A stretch of DNA of 64,000 nucleotides from an uncultured SAR86 cluster bacterium (GTDB lineage: Bacteria > Pseudomonadota > Gammaproteobacteria > Magnimaribacterales > TMED112), in contig CACLXU010000001.1 in assembly GCA_902610995.1 (NCBI GenBank), forward strand, positions 144,422-208,421, in the 5' to 3' direction. The notes under the pieces were generated by a model that saw only the letters and a program-made list of their open reading frames with translations, was not told where the DNA came from and ran no database searches. Every line of letters starts with the position of its first letter. The stretch's first letter is position 1. The position numbers and the translations under genes are program-made. Shown in pieces: positions 25,876 to 36,233 of this stretch.

Positions 25876-25900
25876 GAAGCTATTTATATAATATCAGAAC

Positions 25901-27136
25901 ATGTACATAGGCTCCCAATTTAAGTTTATCCTTATTATTCTATTCCTATTATTTGTAGCCCTAGTATTCATATTAATTGATGATTCAAAAAAGGACTTTA
26001 AGCAAACACAACAAGAGATAAAACTAACTTTTCCAAAAAATAACCACAACTTCACTCAAATTCCAATAGAGTCAAGAATTAAGATTAAAAGTGGTGATTC
26101 TCTTTATTCGTTCTTGAAAGAGCTTGATATCAGAGAGAATCTGATTAATAAAATTATTCTTGATGATAACCTTAAAGAGTTTTCAAGATTTAGGATAGAT
26201 GAGACATTATTAGTAAGGACTGATTCTAAGACAATCAGAATAATAAAATATCGGGGTAAACAGCTGCCAGTTATTTTAGAAATTAATTCTGATAGCTACT
26301 TTATTTTTTCAGACCCAAGCCTTTTCCAAAAATACGTTTTTTTTAAAGAATTTAAAATAACAGACTCTCTTTATCAATCTGGGATAAACGCGAATGTGCC
26401 TGATGTCATTTTGGCGGACCTAATATATATATTTGGTTGGGATATTGATTTTGCATTTGATATTAGAGAAGGCGATTCTGTGAAGATTCTTTATGAAGAT
26501 ACTTACTTTAATGGAAACTTTCTGTTCAATGGTGACATCCTCGCTGCAGAATTCATAAATAATGGTGAGGAGATATCAGCAATAAGGTTTTCTCAAAAAG
26601 GGCGAAAAGATTATTACGCTAAAGATAGTTCAAACATTAGAAAAGCTTTTCTAAAAACTCCAATAGAGTTTGCAAAAATTAGTTCGCATTACAACCTAAA
26701 AAGAAAACATCCGGTTTTGAATACCATAAGAGCACATAAGGGAACGGATTATGCTGCTAAAAAGGGAACGCCAGTGAAGGTTACTGGTGATGGAGTTGTC
26801 ACAAGAGCTGACTATTCTGAATCTTATGGAAATATTATTGATGTTCTACACTTTAATACCTACACAACAAGGTATGCTCATCTAAATAATTTTTCGAACA
26901 ATATTAAGGTTGGCGCAAAAGTTCTGCAAGGTGATGTTATAGGTTATGTTGGGTCTACCGGACTTGCAACTGGGCCTCATTTGCATTACGAATTTCATAT
27001 AAATGGTAAACATACCAATCCTGTTAATATCAAACCTACAAATGCAGCTCCAATTAACTCCTATAATCTTGCTAACTTTAATAAAATAGTAAATGAAAGG
27101 TCAAAATTAATAGATAACTTAAGTAATAATGAGTAG
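25901..27136 (+). CDS. M23 family murein endopeptidase with OapA/LysM-like N-terminal region
   Basis: 411 aa. N-terminal TM; HKGTDYAA (HxxxD) and GPHLHYEF (HxH) zinc motifs. Confidence 0.85.
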   Translation: MYIGSQFKFILIILFLLFVALVFILIDDSKKDFKQTQQEIKLTFPKNNHNFTQIPIESRIKIKSGDSLYSFLKELDIRENLINKIILDDNLKEFSRFRIDETLLVRTDSKTIRIIKYRGKQLPVILEINSDSYFIFSDPSLFQKYVFFKEFKITDSLYQSGINANVPDVILADLIYIFGWDIDFAFDIREGDSVKILYEDTYFNGNFLFNGDILAAEFINNGEEISAIRFSQKGRKDYYAKDSSNIRKAFLKTPIEFAKISSHYNLKRKHPVLNTIRAHKGTDYAAKKGTPVKVTGDGVVTRADYSESYGNIIDVLHFNTYTTRYAHLNNFSNNIKVGAKVLQGDVIGYVGSTGLATGPHLHYEFHINGKHTNPVNIKPTNAAPINSYNLANFNKIVNERSKLIDNLSNNE

Positions 27137-28100
27137 CTTATACATAGGTGTGATGTCAGGAACAAGTAGAGATAATCTTGATGGCTGTATTGTTGATTTC
27201 ACAAAAAGATTCAAAATTCATAAAACACTTACAATCCCATTCTCAGAGCATTATAAAACCTCTAAAAACTACGATTTTATTTCAGAAGAAATAAACGAAA
27301 AAACTATTTATTTAGTATCTAAAATCATTGAAGAATCGGATTTTACCAAGAAAGATATAAAGGCTATAGCTTTCTCAGGGCAAACTATATCGCACAATAC
27401 AAAATCAAGTTTGCAAGCTGGGAGCCCAGAATATATTTCAGATAAGTTATCAATGGAGGTAATTTCTGACTTTAGAAATGAGGACATCAGAAGAGGAGGA
27501 TTAGGCGCGCCACTCATACCAGAGTTCCATAATTATATTTTTGGCGAGCTAAATAAATCTAAACTTATTGTAAATATTGGAGGCATAGCTAATGGAACGC
27601 ATCTTGTAGGGAAGAAAGTTAAACTAGCATCAGATATTGGGCCGGGTAATTGCCTTATGGACTTTGTAATGATTAATAAAAATTTAGGGAACTTTGACCT
27701 TGATGGCAATCTTGCCTCAATGGGGAACTTAAACAATGTACTTTATAAAAAAATTTCAGAGACATTTAATGATCTACCCTACCCTAGAGCAGATGATATT
27801 AGTGTCTATACTGATAAGATTAAGAAAATTGACCTTGATGCATTTGGTGCAGAGGAGTTACTTAGAACCCTAGCTGAAATCACGGCGATGAAAATAAATG
27901 ATTTTTATCTAGCGTGCCAAAAACCAGAAGAAGTTTTTATACATGGTGGTGGGGCAAAAAATAAATTCTTGATGCACCTTCTCGAATCGAAAATAGAACA
28001 AACTGTTAAAACAACTAATAAATATATTCCTATTGAATATGTTGAGGCCGCAGCCTTTGCCTTTTTGGCTCACTCTGGAAGAGGAGTTTCTTTTAAATAG
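27129..28100 (+). CDS. anmK: anhydro-N-acetylmuramic acid kinase
   Basis: 323 aa. N-terminus YIGVMSGTSRDNLDG (cf G.MSGTS.DG.D), GPGN, and C-terminal IHGGGAKN...EAAAFAFLA. Synteny M23-anmK / erpA as in Pseudomonas. Confidence 0.85.
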   Translation: MSSLYIGVMSGTSRDNLDGCIVDFTKRFKIHKTLTIPFSEHYKTSKNYDFISEEINEKTIYLVSKIIEESDFTKKDIKAIAFSGQTISHNTKSSLQAGSPEYISDKLSMEVISDFRNEDIRRGGLGAPLIPEFHNYIFGELNKSKLIVNIGGIANGTHLVGKKVKLASDIGPGNCLMDFVMINKNLGNFDLDGNLASMGNLNNVLYKKISETFNDLPYPRADDISVYTDKIKKIDLDAFGAEELLRTLAEITAMKINDFYLACQKPEEVFIHGGGAKNKFLMHLLESKIEQTVKTTNKYIPIEYVEAAAFAFLAHSGRGVSFK

Positions 28101-28440
28101 AGAATGATGAGCCACAACCACAGGTGGATGCAGCATTTGGATTTTCTACAGTGAATTTTGCGCCCATTAAATCCTCTTTGTAATCTATCAAAGACCCTGT
28201 TATGTAGGGATAAGAAAGTTGATCTAAGAGCACTTTGATGCCATTTTCAAAATCCAATAAAGAGTCTTCATCAGAGTCAAATTCATCAAATTTAAAGCCA
28301 TATTGGAAGCCTGAGCAGCCTCCTCCTGTAACGTAAACTCTGAAATATTTCCCCTTTTCAGATTCAGAAAGCTGGGAAAGTTTTGCCAAAGCTTGATCTG
28401 ATAATTCAAAGGGCCTTGCTTTTTTTGTTTTTAATTCCAT
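28093..28440 (-). CDS. erpA: iron-sulfur cluster insertion protein ErpA (HesB/IscA family)
   Basis: 115 aa. GGGCSGFQY and C-terminal CGCGSSF. Confidence 0.9.
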   Translation of the reverse strand: MELKTKKARPFELSDQALAKLSQLSESEKGKYFRVYVTGGGCSGFQYGFKFDEFDSDEDSLLDFENGIKVLLDQLSYPYITGSLIDYKEDLMGAKFTVENPNAASTCGCGSSFSI

Positions 28441-28481
28441 TTAGTTAACCTAATATCAAATAATTCTACCAAAAATCTCTT

Positions 28482-29036
28482 ATGACTTATAATCCTCTTA
28501 AAATGTCTAAAAAAATTCTATTTATATACTCCTCTGTTGATGGGCATACTTTAAAAATTTGCAAGCATATGATGGCAAAAAATAAATCATTAGCAACAAT
28601 GAATATTCATTCTTTAGAAACCGTCACTCCACAAGATTTAGATTCAAATGAAATTATTGTTATTGGTGCAAGCATAAGATACGGCAATCATAGAAAAGAG
28701 CTTTACAGTTTTATTAATAAAAATGTAGCAGTCTTGGATAAAAAAAACGCATACTTCTTTTCAGTAAATGCTGTTGCAAGAAAAATCGAAAAAAGAAGTC
28801 CAGAGGTAAATACTTACATTAAAAAATTTAAAAAGAGTGTAAAGTGGTCCCCAAAAAAAATACAAGTATTCCCTGGAAAAATTGATTATCCAAAATATAA
28901 CTTTTTCGACAAGCATATGGTTAGGCTCATAATGTATTTTTCTGGTGGGCCAACAGATCTAAGTAAGAGTTATGAATTTACAGATTGGAAAGAAGTTGAT
29001 AGGTTTGCAGATGAGATCATTGAATCGGATATTTAG
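28482..29036 (+). CDS. hemG: menaquinone-dependent protoporphyrinogen oxidase (flavodoxin-like HemG)
   Basis: 184 aa. KILFIYSSVDGHTLKI flavodoxin start, long-loop HemG layout, adjacent to hemL. Confidence 0.8.
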   Translation: MTYNPLKMSKKILFIYSSVDGHTLKICKHMMAKNKSLATMNIHSLETVTPQDLDSNEIIVIGASIRYGNHRKELYSFINKNVAVLDKKNAYFFSVNAVARKIEKRSPEVNTYIKKFKKSVKWSPKKIQVFPGKIDYPKYNFFDKHMVRLIMYFSGGPTDLSKSYEFTDWKEVDRFADEIIESDI

Positions 29037-29655
29037 TGAATTCTCTGGCTTGTATGCCATAACACCAACTTATCTTAGAGGTGAACCTCTAATTGATGCG
29101 GTTAAAGAAAGCGTGTCCTCAGGCATTAAAATTATTCAGTACCGTTTTGATCAGAGACTTGAGGAAGAAGAAAAACTAAAAACTGCAACAAAGCTATTGG
29201 AGGTATGTGATACGGGTGAGGCAATTTTTATAATTAATAATGACTATAATCTAGCAAATGAGCTTGGTGCAGGACTGCATATTGGACAAGACATTAGAAA
29301 TACTGCCTTTATAAAAGATCTTGATCAGATTAGGCTAATTGGTCTAAGTTGCAAAGATGATCATCTTCAACAATCAAGAAAAGATCATGCTTTATTTTCA
29401 TATTTTTCTTTTGGGCCAGTTTTTGAATCAAAAACCAAGAAAAGCTTAAAAGGCACCATAGATATAAACTTAATTAGTAAAAAAATGAATGCTGGCAAGA
29501 TAAATGTAGCAATTGGTGGTATTGACTCTAATAATATATCTGAAATAAAAAAAAATGGTTTTGATATGGCAGCTATCTGCGAAGGTATTTATAATGACCC
29601 AAAAAAAATCTCTAAAAATATAAAAAAATTAAATGACATTTGGAATGAAAACTAA
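29011..29655 (+). CDS. thiE: thiamine-phosphate synthase
   Basis: GLYAITP near the N-terminus, IIQYR, HIGQDD-like HIGQDI, and GGI in the C-terminal part. I prefer ATG at 29011 (MRSLNRIFSEFSGLYAITP); the track ORF begins at 28972, inside hemG. Confidence 0.8.
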   Translation: MRSLNRIFSEFSGLYAITPTYLRGEPLIDAVKESVSSGIKIIQYRFDQRLEEEEKLKTATKLLEVCDTGEAIFIINNDYNLANELGAGLHIGQDIRNTAFIKDLDQIRLIGLSCKDDHLQQSRKDHALFSYFSFGPVFESKTKKSLKGTIDINLISKKMNAGKINVAIGGIDSNNISEIKKNGFDMAAICEGIYNDPKKISKNIKKLNDIWNEN

Positions 29656-30928
29656 AAACTCTAAAGAATTATTTAAAAAGTCAAAAGAACATATTGCAGG
29701 AGGGGTAAATTCCCCAGTTAGAGCTTTTAAAAGTGTTGGAGGAACGCCAATATTTTTCAGAAAATCACGAGATTGTTATTTGTATGATGAAGATGGAAAT
29801 AAATATATAGATTTTGTGGGTTCATGGGGTCCAATGGTTCTTGGACATTCAAATAAACAAATAATAGATGCAATTAAGAAACAAGCCACTAGAGCAATAA
29901 GTTTCGGTGCACCAACAAAAAATGAATTAGAGATAGCAAAAATTATTAAAAATTATTTCCCAAGTATGGAGAAAATTAGAATGGTTAATTCTGGGACTGA
30001 GGCAACTATGAGCTGCATAAGACTTGCTAGGGGTTACACTAAAAAAAATAAGATAATTAAGTTTATCGGCTGCTATCATGGCCATGTTGACTCATTGTTG
30101 GTAAAAGCTGGTTCAGGCTTAGCAACATTGGGTATTCCTGATTCTCCTGGCATACCTGAAGAGCTTTCAAAGCTTACAATTACAATTCCTTATAATGATA
30201 AAGAAGCACTTATTGCAGCCTTTAAAAAATATGGTAAGGAAGTAGCCGCAGTAATTATTGAGCCCATTGCTGGGAACATGGGCTTTATTGAACCTGAAAT
30301 TACTTTTCTTGAAAAAATAAATCAATTGTCGAGAGAATATGGATCATTAGTTATATACGACGAAGTTATGACAGGATTTAGGGTAGCACGAGGTGGAGCT
30401 CAAGAATTATATAAATTTAAACCAGATCTTACGGCGCTGGGCAAAATTGTAGGAGGTGGGCTCCCAGTTGGCGTATATGGAGGAAAGCGTGAAATAATGG
30501 ACAAAATAGCACCAGATGGACCTATCTATCAGGCAGGCACACTATCCGGCAACCCAATTGCAGTCAGTGCAGGAGCAGCCCTACTTAAGCAGCTTAAGGA
30601 TAAATCAATTTATAAAGATCTTGAGAAAAACGGCAAACTATTTTTAGAACTTCTCGCAGAGGTTGCAGATAAAAACAATATACCTTTGTCCTATAACATA
30701 AAGGGTGGAATGTTTGGATTCTTTTTTTCTAGAGGTTTACCAAAAAACTTTGAGGAAGTTAACAATTCTGATTTAGATTTGTTTAGTAGGTTCTTTCAGG
30801 GTATGCTTCAAGAAAAGATTTATCTACCACCTTCAGCGTTTGAAAGTTGTTTCCTTTCAACTAAGCATAGCAAGGAAATTTTAATGAAGGCAGCAAAATC
30901 TGCTGACAAGGTATTTAAGTCAATTTAA
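29633..30928 (+). CDS. hemL: glutamate-1-semialdehyde 2,1-aminomutase
   Basis: 431 aa. GGVNSPVRAF, YDEVMTGFR, and the PLP-lysine context LGKIVGGG. Confidence 0.95.
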   Translation: MTFGMKTKNSKELFKKSKEHIAGGVNSPVRAFKSVGGTPIFFRKSRDCYLYDEDGNKYIDFVGSWGPMVLGHSNKQIIDAIKKQATRAISFGAPTKNELEIAKIIKNYFPSMEKIRMVNSGTEATMSCIRLARGYTKKNKIIKFIGCYHGHVDSLLVKAGSGLATLGIPDSPGIPEELSKLTITIPYNDKEALIAAFKKYGKEVAAVIIEPIAGNMGFIEPEITFLEKINQLSREYGSLVIYDEVMTGFRVARGGAQELYKFKPDLTALGKIVGGGLPVGVYGGKREIMDKIAPDGPIYQAGTLSGNPIAVSAGAALLKQLKDKSIYKDLEKNGKLFLELLAEVADKNNIPLSYNIKGGMFGFFFSRGLPKNFEEVNNSDLDLFSRFFQGMLQEKIYLPPSAFESCFLSTKHSKEILMKAAKSADKVFKSI

Positions 30929-30930
30929 TT

Positions 30931-31914
30931 ATGAAATTTGATATCGTTGGGGTAGGAAATGCACTAGTTGATGAAACATTTTACGTTGATAAACAGTTTG
31001 TTGATTCAACTGATTTATTTTTTAATCAATTTAAAGCAATCACATTTGAGGAACAGGAGTTAATTCTTTCAAATCTTCCTCCAGACCAAATTGCTGAAGT
31101 AGTTTGTGGAGGATCAACAACTAATAGCCTTGCTGCTGCCGCAAATTATGGTTCTAAATGTGCTCATATCTGTCAGCTTGGAGAAGATGAACGTGGAAAG
31201 CAGTATGAACAAGATCTCGAGAAAAATTCAATCTACGTTGTAAATAAATTTCATCATGAATCACATAGAACAGGAAGGTGCTTAGTATTTATTACTCCCA
31301 ACAGTGAGAGAACAATGGGAACATATCTTGGAGCATCTGAAATGCTTGAGTTTTCAATGGATTTTATGGATGTAGTTAATAATTCAAAAATCTTATTCAC
31401 TGAAGGATATCAGTTTACATCCGATCAGAATTTTAAAGCATTTCTTTCAGTGCTTGAAAATACAGACCCAAATGTACAGCTTGCCCTGAGTCTTTCGGAT
31501 CCTTTTGTAGTTTCAAATTTTAAAAGTAGATTTGAAGATGTCTTTAGCAAGAGAATTGTTGATTATGTTTTCTGTAATAAAGAGGAAGCTATTGCAATGG
31601 CTGGGGAAAACTTTGTTGAAGGTTTAGGTAGAATCTCAAAAAATTTTGTTGTCACCGATGGTGCAAATTCTTCTGTTATCTCCGAAGAAGGAAGTATTTC
31701 TGAAATTGAAGCACATGCTGTAAAAGCTATAGATTCTAATGGTGCTGGTGATATCTATGCAGGATCTGTCTTACACAAAATTGTACAGGGCAAAAACTTT
31801 AGAAAAGCTTGTGAATTTGGAAATTTTGCATCTTCAATAATAGTGCAAGAAAAAAGTCCTCGTCTTTCAGTTGAAGGTTATAAAAATCTACAAGAACAAT
31901 TTGAGCATTTATAG
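30931..31914 (+). CDS. PfkB family kinase (adenosine kinase-like)
   Basis: 327 aa. GGSTTNS and PfkB signature DSNGAGDIYAG. Confidence 0.75.
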   Translation: MKFDIVGVGNALVDETFYVDKQFVDSTDLFFNQFKAITFEEQELILSNLPPDQIAEVVCGGSTTNSLAAAANYGSKCAHICQLGEDERGKQYEQDLEKNSIYVVNKFHHESHRTGRCLVFITPNSERTMGTYLGASEMLEFSMDFMDVVNNSKILFTEGYQFTSDQNFKAFLSVLENTDPNVQLALSLSDPFVVSNFKSRFEDVFSKRIVDYVFCNKEEAIAMAGENFVEGLGRISKNFVVTDGANSSVISEEGSISEIEAHAVKAIDSNGAGDIYAGSVLHKIVQGKNFRKACEFGNFASSIIVQEKSPRLSVEGYKNLQEQFEHL

Positions 31915-33137
31915 TGTTGCCCGAAGTTTATAGCGAAAAACGCTTTGGCATAAATAAAGAAAATATATCTCCCAATGCACTCTCTATCATAAATAAACTG
32001 AAGAATAATGGCTTCTCAGCGTACTTGGTTGGGGGATGCATTCGAGACTTAATAAAAGGTTTATTACCTAAAGATTTTGATATAGTTACGAATTGTCAGC
32101 CAGAACAAATCAGAAAAATTTTTAAAAATTCTCGAATTATTGGAAGAAGATTTAAATTAGTACATATTACTTTTCCTGATGAAGTGATTGAAACAACAAC
32201 CTTCAGATCTGGCTCAGATTCGTCAGATGATGCCCTAAAAATTGATGATGACGGGCGCATCTTACGTGATAACAACTGGGGCACTCAAGAAGAAGATGCG
32301 TTTAGACGGGATTTTACTGTAAATGCTGTATATTACGATCCTTTCAACAAAGAAGTTATAGATTACACATCCGGGATAAAAGATTTAAAGAACAAAAGTA
32401 TTAAGTTTATTGGTGTTCCTGAAACACGGGTACAGGAAGATCCTGTGAGAATCCTCAGAGCAATAAGGTTTGCTGCAAAATTAAACTTCTCTATTGAAGA
32501 AGGTGCCCTCAGAGCTATTGAAAAGCATAAAACCAAGCTTTCAGAAATGCCACCTGCTAGGATCTATGAGGAAATAATTAAATTATTCCTCTCAGGGCAC
32601 GCAGAAAAATCTTATGAATTGTTAAGTAAGCATCAAATCTTTAATATTCTATTTCCTCACTCAAGAAATGATCCAAGAGTTTTTGGTAATTTTTTTCGAA
32701 AAACATTTTCTAATACTGATAGCAGGTATAGAAATAACAAAAAACTTAACCCTGGTTTTTTATTTGCTACCCTACTTTGGCCAAGGATTTTTGAGGAATC
32801 TGCTATTGATACTAAATTGAACTTTAGAAAATACTATCAGAGCGTAAGCTCAGTTATCAGAAAGCAGCAGACGATAAGTGCAATTCCAAGAAGATTTGTA
32901 AGTTTTATAAAAGATGTTTGGATGTACCAAATACGATTTAATAAGATTGGGAAGAAATCAATCAACTTTTCAAAAAATATAAGATACAGAGCATCTTTTG
33001 ATTTTCTTGAGGTTAGAGAATCCATTGAACCAAAACTAAAGGAGCGAATTAAATGGTGGAAAGAGTTTTATGAGTCGAATTATGATAAAAAGATAAAGAT
33101 GTTAAATATTTATAGGAAACGACGTGAACCAAGATAA
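31914..33137 (+). CDS. pcnB: poly(A) polymerase I
   Basis: 407 aa, GTG start. GGCIRDL, DFDIVT, RRDFTVNA, RILRAIRFAAKL. Confidence 0.9.
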   Translation: MLPEVYSEKRFGINKENISPNALSIINKLKNNGFSAYLVGGCIRDLIKGLLPKDFDIVTNCQPEQIRKIFKNSRIIGRRFKLVHITFPDEVIETTTFRSGSDSSDDALKIDDDGRILRDNNWGTQEEDAFRRDFTVNAVYYDPFNKEVIDYTSGIKDLKNKSIKFIGVPETRVQEDPVRILRAIRFAAKLNFSIEEGALRAIEKHKTKLSEMPPARIYEEIIKLFLSGHAEKSYELLSKHQIFNILFPHSRNDPRVFGNFFRKTFSNTDSRYRNNKKLNPGFLFATLLWPRIFEESAIDTKLNFRKYYQSVSSVIRKQQTISAIPRRFVSFIKDVWMYQIRFNKIGKKSINFSKNIRYRASFDFLEVRESIEPKLKERIKWWKEFYESNYDKKIKMLNIYRKRREPR

Positions 33138-33777
33138 AATTCCCTCATATATAGCAGTTGAAGGCCCGATAGGGGTAGGCAAGACATCACTTGCAAGAAA
33201 AATATCGGCTGATTTTGGGCACCAACTATGTCTTGAACAGCCTGATGAGAATCCTTTTTTGAAAGATTTTTATGAAAATAGACAAAAATTTGCTTTTGCT
33301 ACTCAAATACACTTCGTTATGCAAAGATCACATCAATTAAATAAATATTTTTCTGAAAGTCTTATAGAGCAGCGAATAGTTTCAGATTTTATTTTTGAAA
33401 AAGAGGATCTTTTTGCTGGGCTTAACCTCTCTGCTGATGAATATAAAGTATTTGCAGAGGTAAAATCAAAATTTTATATCAATAGCCCCAAACCAGATTT
33501 AGTAATTTATCTTCAAGCATCACCAAAGCAACTTTTAAATCGCGTAAAAGAAAGAGGAAAGGTATATGAGGAACAGATTTCATTGGAATACCTTGAAAAA
33601 ATCTGTGAAATGTATTCTGGATTTTTTTTCAGCTATTACGATTCACCGCTTCTTGTAATAAATGTTGATAATGTAGACTTTGTGTCAAATCCAGAGGACT
33701 ACAACGAATTAGTTAGTCATATTAAGCGCGATGTTGTTGGAAAAGAGTATATCAACCTCTCGCAAACTATTTTTTAA
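33124..33777 (+). CDS. deoxynucleoside kinase
   Basis: 217 aa, GTG start. P-loop EGPIGVGKTS; dNK family layout (ENPFL, DF, LID-region RVKERGK). Confidence 0.8.
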   Translation: MNQDKIPSYIAVEGPIGVGKTSLARKISADFGHQLCLEQPDENPFLKDFYENRQKFAFATQIHFVMQRSHQLNKYFSESLIEQRIVSDFIFEKEDLFAGLNLSADEYKVFAEVKSKFYINSPKPDLVIYLQASPKQLLNRVKERGKVYEEQISLEYLEKICEMYSGFFFSYYDSPLLVINVDNVDFVSNPEDYNELVSHIKRDVVGKEYINLSQTIF

Positions 33778-34238
33778 TGAAACTAATTGCTAGATCTCTT
33801 GATGATACCCAGTTAATTGCAAAAGAAATTGCTAGCTTTATTATTCAAAATCAAAAATTTTTAGTATTTTATTTGGAGGGCAACTTAGGAACTGGGAAAA
33901 CAACTCTTGTAAGAAAAATTTTACAAAATCTAGGATGGAATTTGCCTGTGAAAAGTCCTACTTTTTCAATTTTGGAAGAATATAATGTTGGAAACTTGGA
34001 AATTTATCACGCAGATTTATATCGATTAAATAATCCTAATGACTTTGAAATGCTTGGTTTTGAGCCAAATTTTTCAAAAAGAGGAGTGCTGTTTATAGAG
34101 TGGCCACAAATTTTACGGGGCTTTGACAAAGTAACTGAAGTAAGCATTTCAATTCAAATACAAAATAAAGACAGAATTTTTGAATTTGCTAGTGAAGATA
34201 AAGAATTCTTAAGTAGCATTAATAGGATCAATATCTAG
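33777..34238 (+). CDS. tsaE: tRNA t6A37 biosynthesis ATPase TsaE
   Basis: 153 aa. GNLGTGKTTLVR, SPTFS, HADLYRL. Confidence 0.85.
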   Translation: MKLIARSLDDTQLIAKEIASFIIQNQKFLVFYLEGNLGTGKTTLVRKILQNLGWNLPVKSPTFSILEEYNVGNLEIYHADLYRLNNPNDFEMLGFEPNFSKRGVLFIEWPQILRGFDKVTEVSISIQIQNKDRIFEFASEDKEFLSSINRINI

Positions 34239-36176
34239 AGACCAACTAGAAACAGCCCTTTTGTTCTTTTCAGCGTCACTAACGAAATCTGAAATAGATA
34301 ATGTTAATAATTCCTTATTTTGAGATTGAACTATACAAAACATTCGATACTTATGAGATTTTTTTTGTATAGGGCTTTCAAATGGGCCATAGGTTTCAAT
34401 ATCTCTTGAAGCAATTTTATTTTTTGCAGTTGCCAAAAACTTTTTTAGCCTTTCAAGGTTTGCATCTTCAGCTTTTAAATATACTTGATTAACATAAGGT
34501 GACAAACTTAAATTTTTCCTCTCAGATAACATGCTTTTGGCAACATCTTCATAATCTGATTCTGTAAATTTTTTTAGTAAAGGGTGATCAGGTAATCTGG
34601 TTTGTAAAAACACTTTAGATTCATTCCCTCTTCTTCCAGCCCTCCCTGCAACTTGCATCAAGAGCTGGGCTGTTTGTTCTTGCATATGTAAATCAGCTCC
34701 AAAAAACCCAAAATCAAGGTTAAGAACAATTATTGTTGATAGGTTTTTAAAATCATGGCCTTTGGCTAGTAATTGAGTTCCAATAAATATCTTTGGGTCT
34801 TTTTTATGAATTTGAATATTGCTTTGGATTCTTCTAGCTTTGCCACTAATTGAATCTCTATCAATTCTTACTACAGGAAAATTTGGGAAGTTTAAAGCCA
34901 ACTTTTCCTCAAGCTGCTGAGTTCCCACTCCTCTATAATCAAAACTTTGTGACTTACAATTTGGACATTCTTTTGGCAAACTCCAAGAGGTATCACAACG
35001 ATGACACCTTAATCTTTTATCCAATCTATGTAAAACTAATTCTGAATCACAACAACCACTCTTTGCAATCCAACCACATGATTCGCAAAAGAAAATAGGT
35101 GCGTAACCTCTCCTATTTAGTAAAACTAAAGCTTGGTTTCCTTGCTGAAGCGTCTGGCTTATTTCTTCAACTAAATCATCTGAAATGCCGTTAAAAAGAC
35201 GTTTCTTTTGTATTGAAATTATCTTAAATTCAGGATGCTTAAAGTCTCCATATCTTGTTTTTAAGAAGAAGGAGTCAATTTCTTTTTCCTTAGCTCTTTT
35301 AAAATTTTGTAATGATGGTGTTGCTGAGGAGAGTAACAACTTTGTACTTTTTTCGTAAATTAATTTGATGATTTTCTTTGAATCATATCTTAACCCTTCA
35401 TGTTGCTTATAAGATTGGTCATGCTCTTCATCAAAAATAACTAATCCAAGATTTGTAATCGGCAGAAAAACAGCTGATCTTGTCCCAACATAAACCTTTG
35501 GTGAATCCGATGAAGCATCAAGCCATACTTTATACCTTTGAAGATCAGTCAACCCAGAGTGAAAGATTTCAATTGAGCCCTTAAAGGCCTTATTAAGACT
35601 TTCATATATTTGTGGTGTAAGAAAAATTTCTGGTACTAAAACAAGCACACTTTTACCCCTCGAAAGATATTCTTTAATAACGTGTTTATAAATTTCTGTT
35701 TTACCTGACGAAGTAACACCAAAAAGCAGGAATTCTTGATTCTGAGATTTTAAAATCTTTTCAAAGCATTCACTTTGTTCATTGGTCAATTTAGGAAGCT
35801 TTGGTTTTAAAGTTTTTTCTAATGAGGCTGCTTTCCTATATTTTTTTAACTCTATTGATTTTTTCTTTTTTCTAAGAATTGTTGGCAAGAAAGAGAAAAG
35901 TACCTCTCCAATTGGATGTAAATAGTAGTTGGCTATTGTGGATGCTTTATTGATTGAATTAGATGTTAGGATAGGTTCAATATCTAAAACCTCTTGAATT
36001 TTTTTTAGCTTTAAATCAGTGTTTACCTGAACACTCTCGGCAACAACTACTCCCAATAATTTCCTCCTTCCAAATTCAACAATTACCCTTTTGCCAACCA
36101 AGCATGAGTTGCTTTCATTTTTATAAGTAAATGTTGACCTGATGGGAGTTGAAAGAGCAACTTCAACAAAATTCAT
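34209..36176 (-). CDS. priA: primosomal protein N' (replication restart helicase PriA)
   Basis: 655 aa. Walker A GVTSSGKT, DEEHD, Cys-rich zinc region CESCGW..CHRCD..CPNC, QVAGRAGR. Confidence 0.9.
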   Translation of the reverse strand: MNFVEVALSTPIRSTFTYKNESNSCLVGKRVIVEFGRRKLLGVVVAESVQVNTDLKLKKIQEVLDIEPILTSNSINKASTIANYYLHPIGEVLFSFLPTILRKKKKSIELKKYRKAASLEKTLKPKLPKLTNEQSECFEKILKSQNQEFLLFGVTSSGKTEIYKHVIKEYLSRGKSVLVLVPEIFLTPQIYESLNKAFKGSIEIFHSGLTDLQRYKVWLDASSDSPKVYVGTRSAVFLPITNLGLVIFDEEHDQSYKQHEGLRYDSKKIIKLIYEKSTKLLLSSATPSLQNFKRAKEKEIDSFFLKTRYGDFKHPEFKIISIQKKRLFNGISDDLVEEISQTLQQGNQALVLLNRRGYAPIFFCESCGWIAKSGCCDSELVLHRLDKRLRCHRCDTSWSLPKECPNCKSQSFDYRGVGTQQLEEKLALNFPNFPVVRIDRDSISGKARRIQSNIQIHKKDPKIFIGTQLLAKGHDFKNLSTIIVLNLDFGFFGADLHMQEQTAQLLMQVAGRAGRRGNESKVFLQTRLPDHPLLKKFTESDYEDVAKSMLSERKNLSLSPYVNQVYLKAEDANLERLKKFLATAKNKIASRDIETYGPFESPIQKKSHKYRMFCIVQSQNKELLTLSISDFVSDAEKNKRAVSSWSLDIDPINAT

Positions 36177-36233
36177 CTAATTATTGTAATAGAAAATTTA
36201 TTTGATATTATTTCTTTCACTAATTAACTTGAA

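Noticed and set aside
27129-28100. AnmK at 323 aa is shorter than the roughly 370 aa typical for the family, raising the possibility of a pseudogene.
   Set aside because: The N-terminal GxMSGTSxD and the C-terminal GGGAKN...AFA(F)LA segments are both present in one uninterrupted frame. The shortening appears to be internal trimming consistent with genome streamlining.
28972-29010. Long N-terminal extensions implied by the track for thiE (28972), rph (47249), ribE (48626) and folK (42601).
   Set aside because: The extensions lie inside, or deep into, the upstream genes and have no counterpart in the respective families. Internal ATGs reproduce the canonical N-termini (GLYAITP context, MSLQRIDKR, MFSGIIQEIG, MNEFYVLVGSN).
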